Shown here: piece by piece, positions 1-12,583 of the stretch
How positions within the stretch are numbered: position 1 is the stretch's first letter
How the letters are laid out: the number at the start of each line of letters is the position of its first letter
Source of the DNA: Tubiluchus corallicola
Taxonomy: Eukaryota; Animalia; Priapulida
DNA: 19,506 nt
Direction: 5' to 3'
NCBI GenBank assembly: GCA_030141605.1
Contig: JAQGDQ010001951.1
Location: 1 to 19,506, forward strand
Translations under genes and position numbers: made by a program
The notes under the pieces: model-generated
What the model was told of the DNA's origin: nothing
The model's database searches: none
What the model saw: only the letters and a program-made list of their open reading frames with translations

Positions 1-162
1 AACAATACTGTGATGTCTTTGTAGAATTCCTTGGTGACATTAATGAAGATAAAGGTGAGTTCGTACTGGAAGATCACCTAAATGAGGATTTGGTTGAACG
101 CATTGAGAATGATACAAGAACAAATGGGGCACTCAAACACAACCTAACAGCTTTCCGATTCG
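1..162 (+). CDS. Exon A (5'-partial) of pentraxin-domain gene; possibly C-terminal half of a SEA-like domain
   Basis: Open frame from nt 3: QYCDVFVEFLGDINEDKGEFVLEDHLNEDLVERIENDTRTNGALKHNLTAFRF, then donor G|GTACGT at 162/163 (phase 1), matching the phase-1 acceptor at 3782. SEA assignment is by pattern only. Confidence 0.7.
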
Positions 163-292
163 GTACGTGAAGTTGTAACACAATGTGCAACAAAAGTATA
201 TATATATGTATTTGTGCAAATTAATTTAAGCAAACTAATATTGCTCAGTTTTTGATGTATTTTCACGTGTTAAGTAGAAAAAAAATGTACCT

Positions 293-302
293 TATATATA
301 TA

Positions 303-342
<40 letters not shown>

Positions 343-372
343 TATAATAAATACATATAATATATATATATA
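293..372. repeat. (TA)n microsatellite
   Basis: Direct reading, slightly interrupted. Confidence 0.95.
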
Positions 373-544
373 TTGGCAGGAGAATTGAAGGCAAATCCAT
401 TAGCAGTTTTCTTGTTTTTTAAATTGGCGTATATATGAGAAACAGAACTTTTTATAGAAAGAATTCAATGAGCAGAACCTGAGCATTGTGTTCTGTGTTC
501 TCAGCTTATATTCTGCTAATAGTCTTGCACGAGATTAGTAATAA

Positions 545-2260
545 ATGTGCCTGCACAACTGAGCCAATTGTTACATACTTCCCAATTTGCCTGCACAACT
601 GAGCCCATTGTTACATGCTACCCAATTTGCCTGCACAACAAAGCCCACTGTTACATACTACCCAATTTGCCTGCACAACAAAGCCCACTGTTACATACTA
701 CCCAATTTGCCTGCCCTATAAAGCTCATTGTTACATGCTACCCAATTTACCTGCGCAACAAAGCCCATTTTTACATGCTACCCAATTTGCGTGCGCAACA
801 AAGCCCATTGTTACATGCTACCCAATTTCCATGCCCTACAAGGCCCACTGTTTCATGCTACCCAATTTGCGTGCGCAACAAAGCCCATTTTACATGCTAC
901 CCAATTTGCCTGCGCAACAAAGCCCATTGTTACAGGCTACCCAATTTGCCTGCGCAACAAAGCCCATTGTTACATGCTACCCAATTTGCGTGCGCAACAA
1001 AGCCCATTTTACATGCTACCCAATTTGCCTGCGCAACAAAGCCCATTTTTACATGCTACCCAATTTGCCTGCGCAACAAAACCCATTGTTACATGCTACC
1101 CAATTTCCCTGCCCTACAAAGCCCATTGTTACATGCTACCCAATTTGCGTGCGCAACAAGGCCCATTTTACATGCTACCCAATTTCCCTGCGCAACAAAG
1201 CCCATTGTTACATGCTACCCAATTTGCGTGCGCAACAAAGCCCATTTTACATGCTACCCAATTTCCCTGCGCAACAAAGCCCATTGTTACATGCTACCCA
1301 ATTTCCCTGCCCTACAAAGCCCATTGTTACATGCTACCCAATTTGCCTGCCCTACAAAGCCCATTGTTACATGCTACCCAATTTGCGTGCGCAACAAAGC
1401 CCATTTTACATGCTACCCAATTTGCCTGCGCAACAAAACCCATTGTTACATGCTACCCAATTTCCCTGCCCTACAAAGCCCATTGTTACATGCTACCCAA
1501 TTTGCGTGCGCAACAAAGCCCATTTTACATGCTACCCAATTTGCCTGCGCAACAAAGCCCATTTTTACATGCTACCCAATTTGCCTGCGCAACAAAACCC
1601 ATTGTTACATGCTACCCAATTTCCCTGCCCTACAAAGCCCATTGTTACATGCTACCCAATTTCCCTGCGCAACAAAGCCCATTGTTACATGCTACCCAAT
1701 TTGCCTGCCCTACAAAGCCCACTGTTACATACTACCCAATTTGCCTGCCCTACAAAGCCCATTTTACATGCTACCCAATTTGCCTGCCCTACAAAGCCCA
1801 CTGTTACATACTACCCAATTTGCCTGCCCTACAAAGCCCATTGTTACATGCTACCCAATTTGCCTGCCCTACAAAGCTCAATGTTACATGCTACCCAATT
1901 TGCCTGCCCTACAAAGCTCATTGTTACATGCTACCCAATTTGCGTGCGCAACAAAGCCCATTTTACATGCTACCCAATTTGCCTGCGCAACAAAGCCCAT
2001 TTTTACATGCTACCCAATTTGCCTGCGCAACAAAACCCATTGTTACATGCTACCCAATTTGCCTGCCCTACAATGCTCAATGTTACATGCTACCCAATTT
2101 GCCTGCCCTACAAAGCTCATTGTTACATGCTACCCAATTTGCCTGCCCTACAAAGCTCATTGTTACATGCTACCCAATTTGCCTGCCCTACAAAGCTCAT
2201 TGTTACATGCTACCAAATTTGCCTGCCCCACAAAGCCCATTTTTACACGTACCAATTTGC
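545..2260. repeat. 40-bp minisatellite, about 43 units, with 39-bp variants
   Basis: Consensus GCCCATTGTTACATGCTACCCAATTTGCCTGC(GCA/CCT)ACAAA repeated head-to-tail with no unique spacers. The unit has no + strand stop codon, which explains the three overlapping 541-603 aa ORFs. Confidence 0.98.
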
Positions 2261-2676
2261 GACTGGCGATTGCATATCACAAAGAGACATTCTTTCCCAT
2301 CTTTTCGAATAAAAAGACACGTGGTAGCATCCACAGAGCCGCCAACCACTTGAAGTGAAAACATAAAAAACCTGGGACTCGTCTCTTCCCTGGCCGGGGT
2401 CGGGGGAAGAGCAAATAATGCCCTAGAAATTTTTGCTTTTTTTTAAGTATCAAAATCAAATTATCAAAAAACTGAGGCAAAAGATAAAAAATATAAAGAA
2501 TTTTTTTAGTACTTGTGAGTTTTCTTATGCTGTTTTGGAGTTCACCGTGTTTTATATATAAATAATTATGTTCTGTTCTACATATGAAAAAAGCTCGAGA
2601 ATGGCACCCAAAGTGCTTAATTTTCAATAAATGTAATACCTTTCAGTGTAATATACATCGTGAGATTCATGAACGC

Positions 2677-2687
2677 TGTTGTGTGTG

Positions 2688-2719
<32 letters not shown>

Positions 2720-2984
2720 TGTGTGTTGTGTGTGTGTGTGTTGTGTGCGCATGTGTGTTGTGTGTGCGTGTGTGTGTATGTGCATGTGTGTGTGTGTATT
2801 GTGTGCACATGTGTGTGTTGTGTGCGCATGTGTGCGTGTGTGTGTGTTGTGTGTGTGTGTGTGTTGTGTGTGTGTGCGTGTGCATGTGTGTGTTGTGTGT
2901 GTGTTGTGTGTGTGTGTGTGTGTTGTGTGCGTGTGTGTGTGTGTGTGTGCATGAGAGGGTGGATGGGTGCGTGCGTGCGTGCAT
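2677..2984. repeat. Imperfect (TG)n/(TGCG)n microsatellite
   Basis: Direct reading; source of the CV/HT-rich ORFs. Confidence 0.97.
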
Positions 2985-3211
2985 GAAAGTGTGTATATTA
3001 GAAGAGAGAAAAATGTTTTGTATGGTTTTATCAGAGTGCATTGTGTGTTTGTAGTTTATCTTTCATTTTCTAATTTCTAGTTGCACTTATAGTTTAGCTT
3101 GCACCAGACACATTTGCCAAGAACAGTGTATGTTTTTATATGAACTAACACTGATTGTCTGTCTTTTTATTATGATGGTCAATGTTTTCAAAAAAGGCAA
3201 AACAAAGATTT

Positions 3212-3530
3212 TACTACTGCTGCAGCTGCTGCTACTGCAGCTGCTACTGCTACTACTACCACTACTACTACCACTACTGCTAGCACTACAACTACAACTA
3301 CTACTACCACCACACTACCACTACCACACTACCACTACCACTATCAGTAATACTACCACTACTACTGGTACTACTACTACCACTACCACTATCAGTAATA
3401 CTACCACTACTACTGGTACTACTACTACCACTACCACTACTACTACTACGACTACTGCCACTACTACTGCCACTGCTACTGCCACTACTACTGCCACCGC
3501 TACCGCTACCACTACCACTACTACTACTGC
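3212..3530. repeat. Compound (CTG/CTA/CCA)n trinucleotide repeat with an internal 48-bp duplication
   Basis: Direct reading; 3331-3378 is repeated at 3379-3426. Confidence 0.95.
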
Positions 3531-3781
3531 TATGTTGTGTCCGGTACTGGCGGCAATGGAAGCCATTCAAGTCAGTTACAAACGCGCGTGTGAATCTTTG
3601 GAATGCGAGAAAACTGAAACAGCGTGATGTGCGTGCGAGTGTGAAAGGCTTAAAATGCGTGTGACGCACTGCTAATCAGTGAGAGTTGGCAAGGTCTGCA
3701 ACCAATCTCGATGTAGTTTTAAACTGCAAAGTCAGTCATCTTTGCTATACTTGGTAAGAACTTTTGCATTCTTTTCTGTAG

Positions 3782-3909
3782 CGGATATATTACCCTGTCA
3801 CGGAGAACCGGTGGGATTTATGGCAAATTTCAGCGAGCAAACACTGAACGATCACCTTAAACTAACTCCGGGACCCCTTGTTGAGATGTCGGAATTCACC
3901 TTGTGTATG
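3782..3909 (+). CDS. Exon B, start of pentraxin domain
   Basis: Acceptor ttcttttctgtag|, donor ATG|GTGAGA (phase 0). Encodes (A)DILPCHGEPVGFMANFSEQTLNDHLKLTPGPLVEMSEFTLCM; FTLCM(W) is the first conserved Cys strand of pentraxins. Confidence 0.9.
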
Positions 3910-4084
3910 GTGAGAAGTTTGCGTTATTTTGGCGGACAGTTTTTGCTTTTACTGTACGCAATCAGTGCCATAGGTCAGTGCAAGCGTCATAGCCGTGCCC
4001 ATAATTAAGATAAGTCTTCACTTATTACAAATTACTTAATTTCAAAACTAGAGTCTGTTTGGTTTCGTAAAAGAATAAAATTAA

Positions 4085-4541
4085 CCCTTTCATACCCGTT
4101 GTATCCCGTGGGATACGAGAATATTTTCTGCCTTTAAATTAATAAAATTTTAAAACTGACAGTCATTTGATCTGTTAATAGTTATTTTGATTTAAGCCAA
4201 TAACAATAGACTAAAAATGGCGATAAAATGGCAAACTAGAAAATCTACATAGCATAAAAAACTGCGCAAGGTACAGTACTTTAGAGACGACTTTGTACAG
4301 ATCAGCATAGCATGCATACTAAATGTCTTAAATACTGTAAAAAATTATCAGCAGTTGCAAAATGAAGCACATTTTATGCTTCCATTGAATCCCAATGTAT
4401 CCCGTGGGATACAGGCTATATTTAGCACGCGGGCACAGGTAGAAAAAATAATTATTATGTGTAAACAAGATGGACATACGGAACAAAAGTACCAAGCCAA
4501 AAATTGTTTCTTATTAAAAAAATAATTTGGGACTGAAAGCG
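4085..4541 (+). mobile_element. piggyBac-type MITE, copy 1 (457 bp)
   Basis: TTAA at 4081-4084 and 4542-4545; ends CCCTTTCA...TGAAAGCG; internal palindrome GTATCCCGTGGGATAC at 4101-4116 and again at ~4398-4413; two more copies in the window. Confidence 0.92.
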
Positions 4542-5167
4542 TTAAAGTAATACCACGAGACAGACATTAAAACGAGTAAGAGACTACATCTTAGAATATA
4601 TGTTTTAGACGGTATGTGAAATATAGCTGATGTAATCGTAATTGGTTGGCCATACTTTTAACAACACGTATATGTACACACAGTAGTGTGCGTTGCGTTG
4701 CGAATGCGTGTTGTGGTTTGGTATAACATTATTGTAATGACTGGCTTGGGACGAATCATTATTGAGAGAGGTAGAGGGTGACAGGTTGTGGTTTAGAATG
4801 ATGGGTTTAGACTCATCTCATTTTAATTTACTGTACAAAGTATACATTTTCTTGCCTATAAAAGTTAGCAATTGTTTCTTATGTTTGAATAATTAGCTTA
4901 GAAAGTTAATTAACGGCAACCGAACACAGCTATTGCTTATGTCAGAAACTAACAACAGTTTGTGCGATGGCAGGCGTCTACCCATGCGCGTCAAGCACAT
5001 TTGCATAAGTGTTACAGTACTGTTTAAAAGCATGATGTTACGAAGAATAGGCTCTACATCATATGACATCACAAACTAACACTACAGTTCATGATCATGC
5101 TTATCACCGTACCGCCTTCTGTTTGTCGGCCACGCGAATGTGACAAAAAGGCGCCGTTGCTAATCTT

Positions 5168-5228
5168 ACTAGATTCACTGAGCCGCGCGTAGCTTAGAAA
5201 GTTTAACGAAATTTGAGTATCCGAGGTA
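5168..5228 (-). mobile_element. Probable Helitron-like 3' terminus next to a microsatellite
   Basis: Minus strand reads AAGCTACGCGCGGCTCAGTGAATCTAG|T: a GC-rich imperfect hairpin a few nt before CTAG-T. 5' end not located. Confidence 0.45.
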
Positions 5229-5446
<218 letters not shown>

Positions 5447-5584
5447 TGAGTCTAAACAATCGTCCGGTCTTCCTTTAATGTTATATATCCCTGGCAAAAG
5501 TTTATGTTACTCACACAAATGTACAATTAAAGTTCAAGTTATTATGAAAGTCTGTATAATGGCTGCTTTTTTCGATTATTTCAG

Positions 5585-5745
5585 TGGGTTAAGCCCGCAA
5601 GAGATTTAGACCCTGATCAAGGAGTATTCGTGCCCTCACAAATGACGTTAATATCGTACGCTACACCTTCTGAAGACGACGAGATTCTTCTAACATTAAG
5701 TGGGGACAATCTTCAGTTGTACATGAACGGAGAACTACATACGAT
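5585..5745 (+). CDS. Exon C, pentraxin domain
   Basis: Not in the ORF track. Acceptor ttatttcag|TGG, donor AT|GTACGG (phase 2). Encodes WVKPARDLDPDQGVFVPSQMTLISYATPSEDDEILLTLSGDNLQLYMNGELHT; SYAT...DEILL matches CRP-type FSYAT...DNEILI. Confidence 0.9.
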
Positions 5746-5832
5746 GTACGGCTTGTGTAATTAATGTAGTTTGAGAGCTAAAATATACTGCCACTGTATT
5801 TCAAAATCGTGAAATCAAAAAAATAAATATTT

Positions 5833-6366
<534 letters not shown>

Positions 6367-6880
6367 TCACTTTGCTTAGACACAATAAAATAACAATGTA
6401 CGTTCATTAATAATGGTAATAATGACACCAGTCTAACTTCCTGAGGCCTTAACATATATATATATGTTTCTGCCCTTTTTCGCTTCATCAGAAGATGCTC
6501 AGATTCATCATAAAAGCGATACTTTGCTAGAAGGATTGAGTAGGATAGTAATGCCAGCCCTCCGTCTTCTAGTCAGCTCCTAATCTCCCCGAGGTGCGAG
6601 CCTCAAACCACTTTTGTCTAACTACCTAATGCGCCATGAGCTTCTGCGCCTAAGGATTACATCATCAATCTTTACTTCTGACTCAGCCGGTCTAACATCA
6701 GCTGATCATCACGTGATATGTGATATTCTAGCCAAGACAAATTTTTAATCTTGCATCGCCAAGGATTTAATCTTTATTAATTCAATAATTTAATTAATTG
6801 TTTGGGCTTAAATCATTATTTTAAACAGCTTCTCTTTAAAAATTTAGTTAATCTAGGTACCATATGTGTTGGTTGCAAAC

Positions 6881-7483
6881 CAAGACCGTCCACAAGTCGG
6901 CATAGTTAAAACTACGATATGATGCTTCAAAGTAGAAAACACTAAAAATTTGTTCAAATGTCAATTTTTTTATTTTTTATGAAAACAAATAATAAATATG
7001 TTGGACTTTTATATTCTAGCATCAAATTATCAGGAAAATGCCCAAAAAATACTACAAATCTAATTTTATAACTCCTTACCCAATTTTCTGTCTAGAAACT
7101 AGTACTGCAATTGTAAAAAAACTTGGATTTTCTAACTTGGGTTTTTTCTGTTTGCAAGACCAGATCTTCGTCAGGAAGAGCCATCTACTGGATTTAAATG
7201 TAACTTCAGTTTGCTCTTGTAAAATCCACAGCTGCCACAATTTCGTATGGTTGCTAAGTGTTTTGTAGAAATGCGACAAAAAACAATGGCTGACTTTAAC
7301 AGTGATTTTCTCAAGATTATGTTTTTCAATGTGCAGCCTGCACCTCAATTTCAACATGGATTATCTCAGGTTAGAAATAACATAGAGCAATGAACTTGGT
7401 ATCAAAATTATCCTCATGAAATGGAGATTTCGGGATATGTGACTAACTAGAAAGCCTTAGTTGCCGACTTATGGACGTTTTTG
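6881..7483. mobile_element. Non-autonomous TIR DNA transposon (~600 bp), superfamily unresolved
   Basis: CGTCCACAAGTCGGCA (6887-6902) and TGCCGACTTATGGACG (7462-7477) are inverted at 15/16, extendable to CAAGAC.../...TTTTTG. No coding capacity and no clear TSD. Confidence 0.7.
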
Positions 7484-7760
7484 CTATGCAAGCATACATT
7501 ATTAAGTGTTATCTTATTATCTCTGCTTAGAAATAAAAAACTAATAGAAATAAAAAATAAAAACAGTACTAAAAAAACTCGTTCGAATCAAATTCGAACG
7601 TTCGAACTCGAACTTTCGATAATCACTTCTATTCCTGACTGCATAATTATTGCAGTTTCACCACAAAATTCGCAAGCATTCCCAAACAATTAAACTGGTT
7701 CGCACTTATTTTTTTTTATAGAGGATAAAGCTTTTTTGAGCAAAATTTTGGTCAGTTTGA

Positions 7761-8493
7761 ATTATGAATTATTATGAATTTATTCCACAGCAACTCAAAC
7801 ATACATATAAATTGATATAACATTGAAAAAAAAATAAACTATGCGAGTTACTGTGAGGAGAAGGAAGGAGCTTTGAGCTTTCGAGTCCTCCTCCAGATAA
7901 GTGAAACAATTGACAATTAACATTACATTTTCATCAGTTATAACGTACATTAGAACAAAATAAGTTTAGTTAGTAACTTAAGATCAGGATGAGTAAAATT
8001 GTGAGTTAATTATACCGTTGTAGTATGTAATTCTTTGATGCTTTTTTAAATTGATAAAGATTAAGAGTTTTCATTTCACGCGGAATTGATGACTATATTT
8101 TAATAGCATTATATTTTGATGACTGTTTCATTATATTTGTTTTTGGAAGAGGGAGTACATAGTTTACGACTGAATATCTTGTGTAATGATCATGTTGATT
8201 TGAAACTGGACTAAAGCATGACTGAAAAGCTGGTGGAATAGTGAATTATGATACTGATACATGAAATGAAGACAATACATTTCATCACTTTAAGAGTTTT
8301 AACAGACAAATAAATTATATTTGTGGGATGGTCATACCTTACATGATATATTAGTTTGAGAATCTTGTTCTGGGTAATTTGTAAAGCTTCCAGATTACTT
8401 TTATATACACCACCCCAAGACATGACGCCATATATTAGATATGGGTAGACTAAACTGTAATAGATTTTCATCAATGTTTCTCTATTAACAAAT
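7761..8493 (-). mobile_element. 5'-truncated, decayed CR1/L2-group LINE (Crack/Daphne/L2-like): ORF2 C-terminus plus 3' UTR
   Basis: Minus-strand LMKIYYSLVYPYLIYGVMSWGGVYKSNLEALQITQNKILKLI, then after disruption HDHYTRY...LPLPKT...KYNAIKI*SSIPREMK...FKKSIK, typical of post-RT ORF2 in these clades. Tail of (AATAAATTCAT)2; possible TSD TCAGTTTGA 7752-7760 / TCTGTTTGA 8494-8502. Confidence 0.88.
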
Positions 8494-8615
8494 TCTGTTT
8501 GACTATTTAACATAGTTATTTGGCTTAAAAAGATTTTGCTTAATTTTGGCAACAATTTCAATTTGAATAAATACAACAAAAACTTGTTAAAAGGCAATTT
8601 TACAATTTTTTTCAG

Positions 8616-8722
8616 TAACGACAATTTCGGTGCCCATTCGTTACGAAATGGGAATTGGAATCATCTCTGTCTCCGGTATTTTGAAGGCATGACGGAAATT
8701 TTCGTTAACAACCGAGGTGTTG
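8616..8722 (+). CDS. Exon D, pentraxin domain (signature region)
   Basis: Acceptor tttttttcag|, donor G|GTAAGT (phase 1). Encodes (I)NDNFGAHSLRNGNWNHLCLRYFEGMTEIFVNNRGV; WNHLC corresponds to the pentraxin W-x-H-x-C motif. Confidence 0.9.
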
Positions 8723-8896
8723 GTAAGTTCTTTTACCTCGGGAAAAGTCACAGCAATTAGTACCTTAGTAATGTAGTAACTAGTGCAGCCCAATTGACCA
8801 AACATTCTCATTACCGGGAGAGACCTACGTGTGTTTATCTCTGCTTAGGGCTTTATTAAGGTCTATAAAACAAACAAAACAACACTATTCACTTAA

Positions 8897-9355
8897 ACCT
8901 TTTAGTCCCAAATTATTTTTTTAATAAGAAAATTTTTTTTGATTTGGTACTTTTGTTCAGTATGTCCATCTTGTTTACACATAATAATTATTTTTTTCTA
9001 CCTGTGCCCGCGTGCTAAATATAGCCTGTATCCCAGAGGATACATTGGGATTCAATGGAAGCATAAAATGTGCTTCATTTTGCAACTGCTGATAATTTTT
9101 TAAAGTATTTAAGACATTTAGTATGCATGCTATGCTGATCTGTACAAAGTCGTCTCTAATGTACTGTACCTTGCACAGTTTTTTATGCTATGTAGATTTT
9201 CTAGTTTGCCATTTTATCACCATTTTAGTCTTTTGTTATTGGCTTAAATCAAAATAACTATTACCAGATCAAATAACTGTCAGTTTTAAAATTTTATTAA
9301 TTTTAAAGGCAGAAAATATTCTCGTATCCCACAGGATAGAACGGGTATGAAATGG
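8897..9355 (-). mobile_element. piggyBac-type MITE, copy 2 (inverted relative to copy 1)
   Basis: Reverse-complement match to 4085-4541 along its whole length; flanked by TTAA (8893-8896) and CTAA (9356-9359). Confidence 0.92.
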
Positions 9356-9606
9356 CTAAGCAGAGTTATGCAAAAATCCACAAATTATGCCCTTCTCAAT
9401 TAGAAACATTTTAAAAACATACCAAAATTGTGCTAGATTCGCACAAAAAGAGAAATATTTGCACAGAATTGTTTAATAAAACTTTAAACTGTGATAACAA
9501 TACACAAGGGGTTGCTTAACGAACTGAAATTGTGTAAACTTTTTGTGCAAATACTTGAACATTCACTTTACACAAGGCGCTATTGCATGCTGCATCACGG
9601 ATATTA

Positions 9607-9750
9607 AAAATCCGCATCCGCATATCCGCAAATCATGCACTGTTCAAATAGGGATTCTGCAACCGCATGACCGAAATTCGCATCCGCGAATCCGCACTTC
9701 ATTCACTGTTCAAATGCGGATTCTGCAACCGCGCATGACCGAAAATCCGC
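9607..9750. repeat. Imperfect ~67-bp tandem duplication rich in TCCGCA motifs (probable transposon remnant)
   Basis: CACTGTTCAAAT..GGATTCTGCAACCGC..ATGACCGAAA occurs twice (units 9607-9673 and 9674-9741). Confidence 0.75.
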
Positions 9751-10663
9751 TAGAGCCAATCTCTGTTAAAGGAAATCAGGATGATTTTTTATATACTGCC
9801 CCATTTTCAAGTCCGATAAAAAGTATACATCTTAACAGGGTTAATATTGCAAAAGCATTTCTGATCATTAAATAATTGATTAAAAACTTAATTAACAGTG
9901 GGCGAATTATTTTTCACGTCACAAACTAACATAATTTACAACAGCAAAAATATTCCACGAGCATGTTGCACGTGTTTGCGAACGCGAAAATGGAAGGGCA
10001 GTGCTGCTGTAAGATATTCAGTGTGTTGTGCTAAAACTAGGCAAGATTTTAGATTAAAAAAATCAAAAAATTTACCGCTTTGCTCACGCATTAGACGTTT
10101 AACGTGTGTAGTTCGTCACAAACTAACAAATATGAACTGAGAGGTACAGCACCTGTTTTTTGACACAAAGAGATTAACTGTGTCTATTGTGTATAAGGAA
10201 TTTATGGAAGTTAACTTTATATAAGTTAAATATATGTATTTAACTTATGTATTTTTAACTATTTATATATATATATATATATATATTTATTTATTTTTAA
10301 TGATACATTGACTAAAGTGTTAGACTTGTGCAACATTCTCGTGGCACAATCGAGGTGGTATCGTAATAGGTATTTGTTTTAAAAAAAAAATCAATCAATA
10401 ATCGATGTCGGTATGGGTTTTTTATCAATTTGGAGAAACATAAAAAAACGGTGACGGATCGGATCGTTTTTTCGGGTTCGGAACAATACCGTCACAGGCA
10501 AAATGTAAATGTGTCATATGAATGTCTACCATAAAAGCAATAAAGGGCCACTGACGAAACGCATCACTGACGAATTGTGTACTGGCGAAATGTGCCACTG
10601 GAAGATGTGATCTTACATGCAATTGTAATTTATTATCAACTGTAATTTTACATTGGCTTGCAG

Positions 10664-10828
10664 ATTCAGTAATGTCGCCTAGTGAGACGGACAAAATTCA
10701 AGGCGGTGGCTGTCTGATTTTCGGACAAGACCAAGACTCTCTCGGCAATGCATTTCAAGTTAGCCAGAGTTACGTTGGTATGGTAACAGACATCTTTATG
10801 ACTCCTAGATTTCTGACGACTGAGATTG
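10664..10828 (+). CDS. Exon E, pentraxin domain (Ca2+-binding loop region)
   Basis: Acceptor ggcttgcag|, donor G|GTGAGC (phase 1). Encodes (D)SVMSPSETDKIQGGGCLIFGQDQDSLGNAFQVSQSYVGMVTDIFMTPRFLTTEI; matches pentraxin GG.LILGQEQDS.GG.F...QS..G. Confidence 0.93.
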
Positions 10829-11068
10829 GTGAGCCTACTTTTATCAGTTTTTGGGAAAATATAATTATAATTGTATCTAAATTTATATATGAATATATAA
10901 AAATATAATGATGTTAACGATTAAAGTGATTAAAACAATATAGATTAAAACAATATAATTTAAAACAAATTCCCAGAAAATTAAGATTAAGAGGCGATTA
11001 CCCCAGACTAGCTGGACAGACAGAATCCACCACTGTTACTTTTATTTCAGAAATGGCTATCTCACTCA

Positions 11069-11245
11069 TGTGTGTGTGTGTGTGTGTGTGTGCGTGCGTG
11101 CATGCATGTGTGTGTGTGTTTCTGTGTGTGTGTGTGTGTGTCTGTGTGTGTGCATGTGTGTGTGCGCGTGTGTGCGTGTGTGCGTGTGTGTGTGAACGTG
11201 TGTGTGTGTGTGTCTGTGTGTTTGTCTGTGTGTCTGTGTGTGTGC

Positions 11246-11284
<39 letters not shown>

Positions 11285-11491
11285 TGTGTGTGCGTGTGTG
11301 TGTGTGTGTGTGTGTCTGTGTGTGTGTGTGTGTGTGCGTGTGTGTGTCTGTGTGCAGGTGTGTGTGCACGCGTGTGTGCATGTGTGTGTGTGTGTGTGCG
11401 TGTGTGTGTGTGCATGTGTGTGTGTGAGCATGTGTGTGTGTGTCTGTGTGTTTGTCTGTGTGTGTGCATGTGTGTGTGTTTGTGTGTGTGC

Positions 11492-11547
<56 letters not shown>

Positions 11548-11576
11548 GTGTGTGTGTGTGCGTGCGCATGTTTGTG
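11069..11576. repeat. Imperfect (TG)n microsatellite, about 510 bp
   Basis: Direct reading. Confidence 0.98.
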
Positions 11577-11782
11577 TACTGCATGTGATTCAATTAAAAA
11601 TAAATTGTTAATTATTAGAAGTATGATTTTGCTTTTTGAAAAGTGACATTTTTGTTGGGGTGCAAAACTTATAAAACCTTCTTATGGGTGTGAGTATAGC
11701 GAAGGTTCTCAATCACTGATTTTTGTAAAAACCTAGACCAGCAAAAATGTGAAGTTTATACCTCACTTGATGGTGCCAAATA

Positions 11783-12332
11783 CAAGTACACACCTAATTA
11801 AATTTGCTGCTGAACTTGAAAGAAATGGGGATGTGAAAAAGATGGTACATAGCCTGTATTTGAACCAGGGACTTTCTATTTAGAAATTAAACGCTTTATG
11901 CTCTAGTGGTCAAGGCAGTTAGCTAGGGGTCAAAGTTCATCCCTTATAACTAACCAATCCAATTCAGAATTTTTTACGTTAGATCGTTCGCACTAGAGAG
12001 ATTCTGATTAAAGTTTGGTGTCAAATTTAATTAATTGTCCCATCATTAATAATCATTTTGATAATAAAATTATAGTAATTAATTAATTACCTACGAAAAT
12101 TTCAGGTTGAAAATAAATTTAAAAAAAATTCGAATTACTCTTATGCGACCAGTATAACACTGGAAATACTGAAGGGATGACCTTTGGACTGCCTTGACCA
12201 CTGGAGAAGTATGGCCGCCTAGCGAGCTAAGGCGCATGGCTATTATGTAGAAAGTCTCTGGTTCAAATCCTGGTTGTATCCCAAATTTTTAACATTTCGC
12301 GCTTGATATCAAAATTTAATTAATTGTACTTG
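11783..12332. mobile_element. Degenerate foldback element with long imperfect inverted arms containing tRNA-like sequence
   Basis: Nested inverted pairs: 11859-11878/12248-12267 (19/20), 11901-11919/12188-12206 (18/19), 11931-11945/12172-12186 (14/15), plus CAAGTACA..AATTAAATTT at the outer edges. B-box-like GGTTCAAATCC at 12260-12270. Confidence 0.7.
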
Positions 12333-12547
12333 AACAATACTTGATAATTTTATTTTTTTTATTTTATTACGAAAACACCAAACAATAATACAGTATATCT
12401 AGATACATTATGATAACATGCTATGCATAGTTACAGTAATTTCATAATAAAATTGACATGGCATGATATCTGTATAAATTGTTGCTAACATTATAATCAG
12501 AAGCATTACTTGTGTGACTATGATGCAATAATAATCTTGACATTAGG

Positions 12548-12550
<3 letters not shown>

Positions 12551-12583
<33 letters not shown>

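Noticed and set aside
545-2260. CRISPR-like periodicity
   Set aside because: Units are contiguous with no unique spacers, there are no cas genes, and the context is eukaryotic.
547-2358. Three overlapping 541-603 aa ORFs
   Set aside because: They come from a stop-free 40/39-bp unit that cycles through all frames; the array lies in an intron whose flanking exons already join in frame.
3130-3627. Thr-rich mucin-like ORF as an extra exon of the SEA/PTX gene
   Set aside because: Attractive for a SEA protein, but it is a slipping trinucleotide repeat (poly-Leu then poly-Thr) with no convincing acceptor/donor pair.
8211-8624. 137-aa minus-strand ORF as a host gene
   Set aside because: Its core is a decayed LINE ORF2 fragment; the N-terminal part is flanking intron read in frame by chance.
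10405-10499. Possible small element ending ATACCGTCACAGGC
   Set aside because: Only a short imperfect inverted match (TGTCGGTAT) and no TSD.
12205-12275. Functional tRNA gene
   Set aside because: B-box-like motif is present but I could not fold a proper acceptor and anticodon stem; it lies in a repeat arm.
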